A stretch of DNA of 64,000 bases from Eledone cirrhosa (lineage: Eukaryota), in NCBI GenBank assembly GCA_964016885.1, contig OZ024743.1, positions 176,948,001-177,012,000 of the forward strand, read 5' to 3'. Made by a program: the position numbers and the translations under genes. Positions 52,101-64,000 of the stretch are shown here, piece after piece; position 1 is the stretch's first letter, and each line of letters starts with the position of its first letter. The notes under the pieces were generated by a model that saw nothing but the letters and a program-made list of their open reading frames with translations, made no database searches and was not told where the DNA came from.

Positions 52101-55100
52101 TACCACCTAGACTGGGGTGTTGAGTTTGTCACTCCTTACCACAGCTGTGATATACCACCTAGACTGGGGTGTAGAGTCTGTCACTCTCTACCACAGCTGA
52201 GATATACCACCTAGACTGGGGTGTTGAGTCTGCCACTCCCTACCACAGCTGAGATATACCACCTAAACTGGGGTGTTGAGTCTGTCACTTTCTACCACAG
52301 CTGAGATATACCACCTAGACTGGGGTGTTGAATCTGTCACTCCCTACCACAGCTGCGATATACCACCTAGACTGGGGTGTAGAGTCTGTCACTCTCTACC
52401 ACAGCTGAGATATACCACCTAGACTGGGGTGTTTAGTCTGTCACTCTCTACCACAGCTGAGATATACCACCTAGACTGGTGTGTAGAGTCTGTTACTCTC
52501 TACCACAGCTGAGATATACCACCTAGACTGGGGTGTTGAGTTTGTCACTCCCTACCACAGCTGAGATATACCACCTAGACTGGGGTGTTGAGTCTGTCAC
52601 TTTCTACCACAGCTGAGATATACCACCTAGACTGGTGTGTTGAGTCTGTCACTCCCTACCACAGCTGAGATATACCACCTAGACTGGGGTGTAGAGTCTG
52701 TCACTCTCTACCACAGCTGAGATATACCACCTAGACTGGGGTGTTGAGTCTGTCACTCCCTACCACAGCTGAGATATACCACCTAGACTGGGGTGTTGAG
52801 TCTGTCACTTTCTACCACAGCTGAGATATACCATCTAGACTTGGGTGTAGAGTCTGTCACTCTCTACCACAGCTGAGATATACCACCTAGACTGGGGTGT
52901 TGAGTCTGTCACTTTCTACCACAGCTGAGATATACCACCTAGACTGGGGTGTTGTGTCTGTCACTCCCTACCAGAGCTGAGATATACCACCTAGACTGGG
53001 GCATTGAGTCTGTCACTCCCTACCACAGCTGAGATATACCACCTAGACTGGGGTGTTGAGTCTGTCACTTTCTACCACAGCTGAGATATACCACCTAGAC
53101 TGGGGTGTTGAATCTGTCACTCTCTACCACAGCTGAGATATACCACCTAGACTGGGGTGTAGAGTCTGTCACTCCCTACCACAGCTGAGATATACCACCT
53201 AGACTGGGGTGGAGAGTCTGTCACTCTCTACCACAACTGAGATATACCACCTAGACTGGGGTGTAGAGTCTGTCACTCTCTACCACAGCTGAGATATACC
53301 ACCTAGACTGGGGTGTAGAGTCTGTTACTCTCTACTACAGCTGAGATATACCACCTAGACTGGGGTGTTGAGTCTGTCACTCCCTACCAGAGCTGAGATA
53401 TACCACCTAGACTGGGGTGTTGAGTTTGTCACTCCCTACTTCAGCTGAGATATACCACCTAGACTGGGGTGTTGAGTCTGTCACTCCCTACCACACCTGA
53501 GATATACCACCTAGACTGGGGTGTTGAGTCTGTCACTCCCTACCACAGCTGAGATATACCACCTGGACTGGGGTGTTGAGTCTGTCACTCCCTACCACAG
53601 CTGAGATATACCACCTAGACTGGGGTGTAGAGTCTGTCACTCTCTACCACAGCTGAGATATACCACCTAGATGGGGTGTTGAGTCTGTCACTTACAGCTG
53701 AGATATACCACCTTGACTGGGGTGTTGAATCTGTCACTCCCTACCACAGCTGAGATATACCACCTAGACTGGGATGTAGAGTCTGTCACTCCCTACCACA
53801 ACTGAGATATACCACCTAGACTGGGGTGTTGAGTCTGTCACTCTCTACCACAGCTGAGATATACCACCTAGACTGGGGTGTAGAGTCTGTCACTCCCTAC
53901 CAGTGCTGAGATATACCACCTAGACTGGGGTGTTGAGTCTGTCACTCCCTACCACAGCTGAGATATACCACCTAGACTGGGGTGTTGAGTCTGTCACTCT
54001 CTACCACAGCTGAGATATACCACCTAGACAGGGGTGTAGAGTCTGTCACTCCCTACCACAACTGAGATATACCACTTAGACTGGGGTGTTGAGTCTGTCA
54101 CTTACAGCTGAGATATACCACCTAGACTGGGGTGTAGAGTCTTTCGCTCCCTACCACAGATGAGATATACCACCTAGACTGGGGTGTTGAGTCTGTCACT
54201 CCCTACCACAGCTGAGATATACCACCTAGACTGGGATGTAGAGTCTGTCACTCCCTACCACAACTGAGATATACCACCTAGACTGGGGTGTTGAGTCTGT
54301 CACTCTCTACCACAGCTGAGATATACCACCTAGACTGGGGTGTTGAGTCTGTCACTCTCTACCACAGCTGAGATATACCACCTGGACTGGGGTGTAGAGT
54401 CTGTCACTCCCTACCACAGCTGAGATATACCACCTAGACTGGGCTGTAGAGTCTGTCACTCCCTACCACAGCTGAGATATACCACCTAGACTGGGGTGTT
54501 GAGTTTGTCACTCCTTACCACAGCTGAGATATACCACCTAGACTGGGGTGTAGAGTCTGTCACTCTCTACCACAGCTGAGATATACCACCTAGACTGGGG
54601 TGTTGAGTCTGTCACTCCCTACCACAGCTGAGATATACCACCTAGACTGGGGTGTAGAGTCTGTCACTCACTACCACAGCTGAGATATACCAACTAGACT
54701 GGGGTGTTGAGTCTGTCACTTTCTACCACAGCTGAGATATACCACCTAGACTGGGGTGTAGAGTCTGTCACTCTCTACCACAGCTGAGATATACCACCTA
54801 GACTGGGGTGTTGAGTTTGTCACTCCTTACCACAGCTGAGATATACCACCTAGACTGGGGTGTAGAGTCTGTCACTCTCTACCACAGCTGAGATATACCA
54901 CCTAGACTGGGGTGTTGAGTCTGTCACTCCCTACCACAGCTGAGATATACCACCTAAACTGGGGTGTTGAGTCTGTCACTTTCTACCACAGCTGAGATAT
55001 ACCACCTAGACTGGGGTGTTGAATCTGTCACTCCCTACCACAGCTGAGATATACCACCTAGACTGGGGTGTAGAGTCTGTCACTCTCTACCACAGCTGAG

Positions 55101-56070
55101 ATATACCACCTAGACTGGGGTGTTTAGTCTGTCACTCTCTACCACAGCTGAGATATACCACCTAGACTGGGGTGTAGAGTCTGTTACTCTCTACCACAGC
55201 TGAGATATACCACCTAGACTGGGGTTTTGAGTCTGTCACTCCCTACCAGAGCTGAGATATACCACCTAGACTGGGGTGTTGAGTTTGTCACTCCCTACTT
55301 CAGCTGAGATATACCACCTAGACTGGGGTGTTGAGTCTGTCACTCCCTACCACACCTGAGATATACCACCTAGACTGGGGTGTTGAGTCTGTCACTCCCT
55401 ACCACAGCTGAGATATACCACCTGGACTGGGGTGTTGAATCTGTCACTCTCTACCACAGCTGAGATATACCACCTAGACAGGGGTGTAGAGTCTGTCACT
55501 CCCTACCACAACTGAGATATACCACTTAGACTTTGGTGTTGAGTCTGTCACTTACAGCTGAGATATACCACCCTGACTGGGGTGTTGAATCTGTCACTCC
55601 CTACCACAGCTGAGATATACCACCTAGACTGGGATGTAGAGTCTGTCACTCCCTACCACAACTGAGATATACCACCTAGACTGGGGTGTTGAGTCTATAA
55701 CTCTCTACCACAGCTGAGATATACCACCTAGACTGGGGTGTTGAGTCTGTCACTCTCTACCACAGCTGAGATATGCCACCTGGACTGGGGTGTAGAGTCT
55801 GTCACTCCCTACCACAGCTGAGATATACCACCTAGACTGGGCTGTAGAGTCTGTTACTCCCTACCACAGCTGAGATATACCACCTAGATGGGGTGTTGAG
55901 TCTGTCACTCCCTACCACAGCTGAGATATACCACCTAGACTGGGGTGTTGAGTCTGTACCTTTCTACCACAGCTGAGATATACCACCTAGACTGGGGTGT
56001 AGAGTCTGTCACTCACCACCACAGCTGAGATATACCACCTAGACTGGGGTGTTGAGTTTGTCACTCCTTA
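44950..56070. repeat. Two tandem copies of a ~5.6-5.8 kb higher-order unit (offset 5,587, then 5,847)
   Basis: CAGCTGTG 46555/52142 and CAGCTGCG 46763/52350 show offset 5,587. GTTGTGTC 47104/52951 shows offset 5,847, i.e. five extra monomers in the second copy. Confidence 0.82.
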
Positions 56071-59000
56071 CCACAGCTGAGATATACCACCTAGACTGGG
56101 GTGTAGAGTCTGTCACTCCCTACCACAGCTGAGATATACCACCTAGACTGGGGTGGAGAGTCTGTCACTCTCTACCACAACTGAGATATACCACCTAGAC
56201 TGGGGTGTAGAGTCTGTCACTCTCTACCACAGCTGAGATATACCACCTAGACTGGGGTGTAGAGTCTGTTACTCTCTACCACAGCTGAGATATACCACCT
56301 AGACTGGGGTGTTGAGTCTGTCACTCCCTACCAGAGCTGAGATATACCACCTAGACTGGGGTGTTGAGTTTGTCACTCCCTACTTCAGCTGAGATATACC
56401 ACCTAGACTGGGGTGTTGAGTCTGTCACTCCCTACCACACCTGAGATATACCACCTAGACTGGGGTGTTGAGTCTGTCACTCCCTACCACAGCTGAGATA
56501 TACCACCTGGACTGGGGTGTTGAGTCTGTCACTCCCTACCACAGCTGAGATATACCACCTAGACTGGGGTGTAGAGTCTGTCACTCTCTACCACAGCTGA
56601 GATATACCACCTAGATGGGGTGTTGAGTCTGTCACTTACAGCTGAGATATACCACCTTGACTGGGGTGTTGAATCTGTCACTCCCTACCACAGCTGAGAT
56701 ATACCACCTAGACTGGGATGTAGAGTCTGTCACTCCCTACCACAACTGAGATATACCACCTAGACTGGGGTGTTGAGTCTGTCACTCTCTACCACAGCTG
56801 AGATATACCACCTAGACTGGGGTGTAGAGTCTGTCACTCCCTACCAGTGCTGAGATATACCACCTAGACTGGGGTGTTGAGTCTGTCACTCCCTACCACA
56901 GCTGAGATATACCACCTAGACTGGGGTGTTGAGTCTGTCACTCTCTACCACAGCTGAGATATACCACCTAGACAGGGGTGTAGAGTCTGTCACTCCCTAC
57001 CACAACTGAGATATACCACTTAGACTGGGGTGTTGAGTCTGTCACTTACAGCTGAGATATACCACCTAGACTGGGGTGTAGAGTCTTTCGCTCCCTACCA
57101 CAGATGAGATATACCACCTAGACTGGGGTGTTGAGTCTGTCACTCCCTACCACAGCTGAGATATACCACCTAGACTTGGATGTAGAGTCTGTCACTCCCT
57201 ACCACAACTGAGATATACCACCTAGACTGGGGTGTTGAGTCTGTCACTCTCTACCACAGCTGAGATATACCACCTAGACTGGGGTGTTGAGTCTGTCACT
57301 CTCTACCACAGCTGAGATATACCACCTGGACTGGGGTGTAGAGTCTGTCACTCCCTACCACAGCTGAGATATACCACCTAGACTGGGCTGTAGAGTCTGT
57401 CACTCCCTACCACAGCTGAGATATACCACCTAGACTGGGGTGTTGAGTTTGTCACTCCTTACCACAGCTGAGATATACCACCTAGACTGGGGTGTAGAGT
57501 CTGTCACTCTCTACCACAGCTGAGATATACCACCTAGACTGGGGTGTTGAGTCTGTCACTCCCTACCACAGCTGAGATATACCACCTAGACTGGGGTGTA
57601 GAGTCTGTCACTCACTACCACAGCTGAGATATACCAACTAGACTGGGGTGTTGAGTCTGTCACTTTCTACCACAGCTGAGATATACCACCTAGACTGGGG
57701 TGTAGAGTCTGTCACTCTCTACCACAGCTGAGATATACCACCTAGACTGGGGTGTTGAGTTTGTCACTCCTTACCACAGCTGAGATATACCACCTAGACT
57801 GGGGTGTAGAGTCTGTCACTCTCTACCACAGCTGAGATATACCACCTAGACTGGGGTGTTGAGTCTGTCACTCCCTACCACAGCTGAGATATACCACCTA
57901 AACTGGGGTGTTGAGTCTGTCACTTTCTACCACAGCTGAGATATACCACCTAGACTGGGGTGTTGAATCTGTCACTCCCTACCACAGCTGAGATATACCA
58001 CCTAGACTGGGGTGTAGAGTCTGTCACTCTCTACCACAGCTGAGATATACCACCTAGACTGGGGTGTAGAGTCTGTTACTCTCTACCACAGCTGAGATAT
58101 ACCACCTAGACTGGGGTTTTGAGTCTGTCACTCCCTACCAGAGCTGAGATATACCACCTAGACTGGGGTGTTGAGTTTGTCACTCCCTACTTCAGCTGAG
58201 ATATACCACCTAGACTGGGGTGTTGAGTCTGTCACTCCCTACCACACCTGAGATATACCACCTAGACTGGGGTGTTGAGTCTGTCACTCCCTACCACAGC
58301 TGAGATATACCACCTGAACTGGGGTGTTGAGTCTGTCACTCTCTACCAGAGCTGAGATATACCACCTAGACTGGGGTGTTGAGTTTGTCACTCCCTACTT
58401 CAGCTGAGATATACCACCTAGACTGGGGTGTTGAGTCTGTCACTCCCTACCACACCTGAGATATACCACCTAGACAGGGGTGTAGAGTCTGTCACTCCCT
58501 ACCACAACTGAGATATACCACTTAGACTTTGGTGTTGAGTCTGTCACTTACAGCTGAGATATACCACCCTGACTGGGGTGTTGAATCTGTCACTCCCTAC
58601 CACAGCTGAGATATACCACCTAGACTGGGATGTAGAGTCTGTCACTCCCTACCACAACTGAGATATACCACCTAGACTGGGGTGTTGAGTCTATAACTCT
58701 CTACCACAGCTGAGATATACCACCTAGACTGGGGTGTTGAGTCTGTCACTCTCTACCACAGCTGAGATATGCCACCTGGACTGGGGTGTAGAGTCTGTCA
58801 CTCCCTACCACAGCTGAGATATACCACCTAGACTGGGCTGTAGAGTCTGTTACTCCCTACCACAGCTGAGATATACCACCTAGATGGGGTGTTGAGTCTG
58901 TCACTCCCTACCACAGCTGAGATATACCACCTAGACTGGGGTGTTGAGTCTGTACCTTTCTACCACAGCTGAGATATACCACCTAGACTGGGGTGTAGAG

Positions 59001-62000
59001 TCTGTCACTCACCACCACAGCTGAGATATACCACCTAGACTGGGGTGTTGAGTTTGTCACTTTCTACCACAGCTGAGATATACCACCTAGACTGGGGTGT
59101 AGAGTCTGTCACTCTCTACCACAGCTGAGATATACCACCTAGACTGGGGTGTTGAGTTTGTCACTCCTTACCACAGCTGAGATATACCACCTAGACTGGG
59201 GTGTAGAGTCTGTCACTCTCTACCACAGCTGAGATATACCACCTAGACTGGGGTGTTGAGTCTGTCACTCCCTACCACAGCTGAGATATACCACCTAAAC
59301 TGGGGTGTTGAGTCTGTCACTTTCTACCACAGCTGAGATATACCACCTAGATGGGGTGTTGGTCTGTCACTCCCTACCACAGCTGAGATATACCACCTAG
59401 ACTGGGGTGTAGAGTCTGTCACTCACTACCACAGCTGAGATATACCAACTAGACTGGGGTGTTGAGTCTGTCACTTTCTACCACAGCTGAGATATACCAC
59501 CTAGACTGGGGTGTAGAGTCTGTCACTCTCTACCACAGCTGAGATATACCACCTAGACTGGGGTGTTGAGTTTGTCACTCCTTACCACAGCTGAGATATA
59601 CCACCTAGACTGGGGTGTAGAGTCTGTCACTCTCTACCACAGCTGAGATATACCACCTAGACTGGGGTGTTGAGTCTGTCACTCCCTACCACAGCTGAGA
59701 TATACCACCTAAACTGGGGTGTTGAGTCTGTCACTTTCTACCACAGCTGAGATATACCACCTAGACTGGGGTGTTGAATCTGTCACTCCCTACCACAGCT
59801 GAGATATACCACCTAGACTGGGGTGTAGAGTCTGTCACTCTCTACCACAGCTGAGATATACCACCTAGACTGGGGTGTTTAGTCTGTCACTCTCTACCAC
59901 AGCTGAGATATACCACCTAGACTGGGGTGTAGAGTCTGTTACTCTCTACCACAGCTGAGATATACCACCTAGACTGGGGTTTTGAGTCTGTCACTCCCTA
60001 CCAGAGCTGAGATATACCACCTAGACTGGGGTGTTGAGTTTGTCACTCCCTACTTCAGCTGAGATATACCACCTAGACTGGGGTGTTGAGTCTGTCACTC
60101 CCTACCACACCTGAGATATACCACCTAGACTGGGGTGTTGAGTCTGTCACTCACTACCACAGCTGAGATATACCACCTGGACTGGGGTGTTGAGTCTGTC
60201 ACTCTCTACCACAGCTGAGATATACCACCTAGACAGGGGTGTAGAGTCTGTCACTCCATACCACAACTGAGATATACCACTTAGACTTTGGTGTTGAGTC
60301 TGTCACTTACAGCTGAGATATACCACCCTGACTGGGGTGTTGAATCTGTCACTCCCTACCACAGCTGAGATATACCACCTAGACTGGGATGTAGAGTCTG
60401 TCACTCCCTACCACAACTGAGATATACCACCTAGACTGGGGTGTTGAGTCTGTCACTCTCTACCACAGCTGAGATATACCACCTAGACTGGGGTGTTGAG
60501 TCTGTCACTCTCTACCACAGCTGAGATATGCCACCTGGACTGGGGTGTAGAGTCTGTCACTCCCTACCACAGCTGAGATATACCACCTAGACTGGGCTGT
60601 AGAGTCTGTTACTCCCTACCACAGCTGAGATATACCACCTAGATGGGGTGTTGAGTCTGTCACTCCCTACCACAGCTGAGATATACCACCTAGACTGGGG
60701 TGTTGAGTCTGTACCTTTCTACCACAGCTGAGATATACCACCCAGACTGGGGTGTAGAGTCTGTCACTCACCACCACAGCTGAGATATACCACCTAGACT
60801 GGGGTGTTGAGTTTGTCACTTTCTACCACAGCTGAGATATACCACCTAGACTGGGGTGTAGAGTCTGTCACTCTCTACCACAGCTGAGATATACCACCTA
60901 GACTGGGGTGTTGAGTTTGTCACTCCTTACCACAGCTGTGATATACCACCTAGACTGGGGTGTAGAGTCTGTCACTCTCTACCACAGCTGAGATATACCA
61001 CCTAGACTGGGGTGTTGAGTCTGCCACTCCCTACCACAGCTGAGATATACCACCTAAACTGGGGTGTTGAGTCTGTCACTTTCTACCACAGCTGAGATAT
61101 ACCACCTAGACTGGGGTGTTGAATCTGTCACTCCCTACCACAGCTGCGATATACCACCTAGACTGGGGTGTAGAGTCTGTCACTCTCTACCACAGCTGAG
61201 ATATACCACCTAGACTGGGGTGTTTAGTCTGTCACTCTCTACCACAGCTGAGATATACCACCTAGACTGGGGTGTAGAGTCTGTTACTCTCTACCACAGC
61301 TGAGATATACCACCTAGACTGGGGTGTTGAGTTTGTCACTCCCTACCACAGCTGAGATATACCACCTAGACTGGGGTGTTGAGTCTGTCACTTTCTACCA
61401 CAGCTGAGATATACCACCTAGACTGGTGTGTTGAGTCTGTCACTCCCTACCACAGCTGAGATATACCACCTAGACTGGGGTGTAGAGTCTGTCACTCTCT
61501 ACCACAGCTGAGATATACCACCTAGACTGGGGTGTTGAGTCTGTCACTCCCTACCACAGCTGAGATATACCACCTAGACTGGGGTGTTGAGTCTGTCACT
61601 TTCTACCACAGCTGAGATATACCATCTAGACTTGGGTGTAGAGTCTGTCACTCTCTACCACAGCTGAGATATACCACCTAGACTGGGGTGTTGAGTCTGT
61701 CACTTTCTACCACAGCTGAGATATACCACCTAGACTGGGGTGTTGTGTCTGTCACTCCCTACCAGAGCTGAGATATACCACCTAGACTGGGGCATTGAGT
61801 CTGTCACTCCCTACCACAGCTGAGATATACCACCTAGACTGGGGTGTTGAGTCTGTCACTTTCTACCACAGCTGAGATATACCACCTAGACTGGGGTGTT
61901 GAATCTGTCACTCTCTACCACAGCTGAGATATACCACCTAGACTGGGGTGTAGAGTCTGTCACTCCCTACCACAGCTGAGATATACCACCTAGACTGGGG

Positions 62001-64000
62001 TGGAGAGTCTGTCACTCTCTACCACAACTGAGATATACCACCTAGACTGGGGTGTAGAGTCTGTCACTCTCTACCACAGCTGAGATATACCACCTAGACT
62101 GGGGTGTAGAGTCTGTTACTCTCTACCACAGCTGAGATATACCACCTAGACTGGGGTGTTGAGTCTGTCACTCCCTACCAGAGCTGAGATATACCACCTA
62201 GACTGGGGTGTTGAGTTTGTCACTCCCTACTTCAGCTGAGATATACCACCTAGACTGGGGTGTTGAGTCTGTCACTCCCTACCACACCTGAGATATACCA
62301 CCTAGACTGGGGTGTTGAGTCTGTCACTCCCTACCACAGCTGAGATATACCACCTGGACTGGGGTGTTGAGTCTGTCACTCCCTACCACAGCTGAGATAT
62401 ACCACCTAGACTGGGGTGTAGAGTCTGTCACTCTCTACCACAGCTGAGATATACCACCTAGATGGGGTGTTGAGTCTGTCACTTACAGCTGAGATATACC
62501 ACCTTGACTGGGGTGTTGAATCTGTCACTCCCTACCACAGCTGAGATATACCACCTAGACTGGGATGTAGAGTCTGTCACTCCCTACCACAACTGAGATA
62601 TACCACCTAGACTGGGGTGTTGAGTCTGTCACTCTCTACCACAGCTGAGATATACCACCTAGACTGGGGTGTAGAGTCTGTCACTCCCTACCAGTGCTGA
62701 GATATACCACCTAGACTGGGGTGTTGAGTCTGTCACTCCCTACCACAGCTGAGATATACCACCTAGACAGGGGTGTAGAGTCTGTCACTCCCTACCACAA
62801 CTGAGATATACCACTTAGACTGGGGTGTTGAGTCTGTCACTTACAGCTGAGATATACCACCTAGACTGGGGTGTAGAGTCTTTCGCTCCCTACCACAGAT
62901 GAGATATACCACCTAGACTGGGGTGTTGAGTCTGTCACTCCCTACCACAGCTGAGATATACCACCTAGACTGGGATGTAGAGTCTGTCACTCCCTACCAC
63001 AACTGAGATATACCACCTAGACTGGGGTGTTGAGTCTGTCACTCTCTACCACAGCTGAGATATACCACCTAGACTGGGGTGTTGAGTCTGTCACTCTCTA
63101 CCACAGCTGAGATATACCACCTGGACTGGGGTGTAGAGTCTGTCACTCCCTACCACAGCTGAGATATACCACCTAGACTGGGCTGTAGAGTCTGTCACTC
63201 CCTACCACAGCTGAGATATACCACCTAGACTGGGGTGTTGAGTTTGTCACTCCTTACCACAGCTGAGATATACCACCTAGACTGGGGTGTAGAGTCTGTC
63301 ACTCTCTACCACAGCTGAGATATACCACCTAGACTGGGGTGTTGAGTCTGTCACTCCCTACCACAGCTGAGATATACCACCTAGACTGGGGTGTAGAGTC
63401 TGTCACTCACTACCACAGCTGAGATATACCAACTAGACTGGGGTGTTGAGTCTGTCACTTTCTACCACAGCTGAGATATACCACCTAGACTGGGGTGTAG
63501 AGTCTGTCACTCTCTACCACAGCTGAGATATACCACCTAGACTGGGGTGTTGAGTTTGTCACTCCTTACCACAGCTGAGATATACCACCTAGACTGGGGT
63601 GTAGAGTCTGTCACTCTCTACCACAGCTGAGATATACCACCTAGACTGGGGTGTTGAGTCTGTCACTCCCTACCACAGCTGAGATATACCACCTAAACTG
63701 GGGTGTTGAGTCTGTCACTTTCTACCACAGCTGAGATATACCACCTAGACTGGGGTGTTGAATCTGTCACTCCCTACCACAGCTGAGATATACCACCTAG
63801 ACTGGGGTGTAGAGTCTGTCACTCTCTACCACAGCTGAGATATACCACCTAGACTGGGGTGTTTAGTCTGTCACTCTCTACCACAGCTGAGATATACCAC
63901 CTAGACTGGGGTGTAGAGTCTGTTACTCTCTACCACAGCTGAGATATACCACCTAGACTGGGGTTTTGAGTCTGTCACTCCCTACCAGAGCTGAGATATA
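47278..64000. repeat. Tandem duplication with an 8,791-bp period (47278-56068 and 56069 to beyond the window end)
   Basis: AGACTTGGAT 48381/57172, ACCTGAAC 49521/58312, TTG-GTCTG 50571/59362, CCATCTAG 52831/61622 and GCATTG 53002/61793 all show offset 8,791. After ~62740 the second copy lacks one monomer and the offset becomes 8,739 (GGGTTTT 55222/63961). Confidence 0.92.

Larger units (their letters stand above)
1..64000. repeat. Tandem satellite/minisatellite array of a 52-bp monomer (~1,240 copies, all in one orientation, extending beyond both window ends)
   Basis: Monomer starts at 1, 53, 105, 157, 209 and so on give a 52-bp period. Consensus is CAGCTGAGATATACCACCTAGACTGGGGTGTTGAGTCTGTCACTCCCTACCA, and most units differ from it by 0-3 substitutions. 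Length variants are 51 bp (TAGATGGGG, loss of C), 46 bp (CACTTACAG or CACCTACAG, e.g. 209-254), 45 bp (both deletions) and 53 bp (G7 run). No non-repeat sequence was seen. Confidence 0.99.

Noticed and set aside
1-64000. Repetitive protein-coding ORF (mucin-like or similar)
   Set aside because: The monomer has TGA, TAG and TGA/TAG on the plus strand and TAG, TGA and TAG on the minus strand. Because 52 is not divisible by 3, every frame meets stops within about 156 bp.
1-64000. CRISPR array or variable-cassette system
   Set aside because: There are no unique spacers. The variable positions are scattered point variants inherited in duplicated blocks, and no cas, recombinase or reverse transcriptase gene is present.
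1-64000. Telomeric repeat, tRNA/5S/snRNA tandem genes, embedded transposon or strand inversion
   Set aside because: There is no TTAGGG-type unit, and the monomer is too short and lacks recognisable RNA-gene structure. I saw no non-monomer insertion or reverse-complement monomer, though a very short one could be missed by eye.
1-64000. Variant order as an encoded message or synthetic construct
   Set aside because: The order is explained by nested duplication, deletion and point mutation with locally restricted variants, as expected for natural satellite turnover.

Overview
The whole 64-kb window is one uninterrupted head-to-tail tandem array (satellite/minisatellite-type DNA). It runs off both ends and holds roughly 1,240 copies of a 52-bp monomer, consensus CAGCTGAGATATACCACCTAGACTGGGGTGT(T/A)GAGTCTGTCACT(C/T)(C/T)CTACCA, about 52% GC with no CpG. 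I found no unique sequence, gene, RNA gene, transposon, inversion or CRISPR spacer. The monomer has stop codons on both strands and 52 is not a multiple of 3, so no long ORF is possible. The information lies in the order of variant monomers. An underlying ~25-monomer (1,293 bp) higher-order unit has been re-amplified by nested tandem duplications with periods of 311, 882, 1,038, 2,573, 3,721, 5,587-5,947, 8,791 and 8,988 bp, several with identifiable chimeric junction monomers. The variants also record mutational processes: a TG>CG>CA series suggests CpG methylation, and recurrent changes perfect a quasi-palindrome. A eukaryotic, probably CpG-methylating, source is an inference; I do not recognise the repeat family. 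I see no support for a protein-coding 'system' here. Offsets were read by eye from diagnostic variants, and block boundaries are approximate to about one monomer unless stated otherwise.
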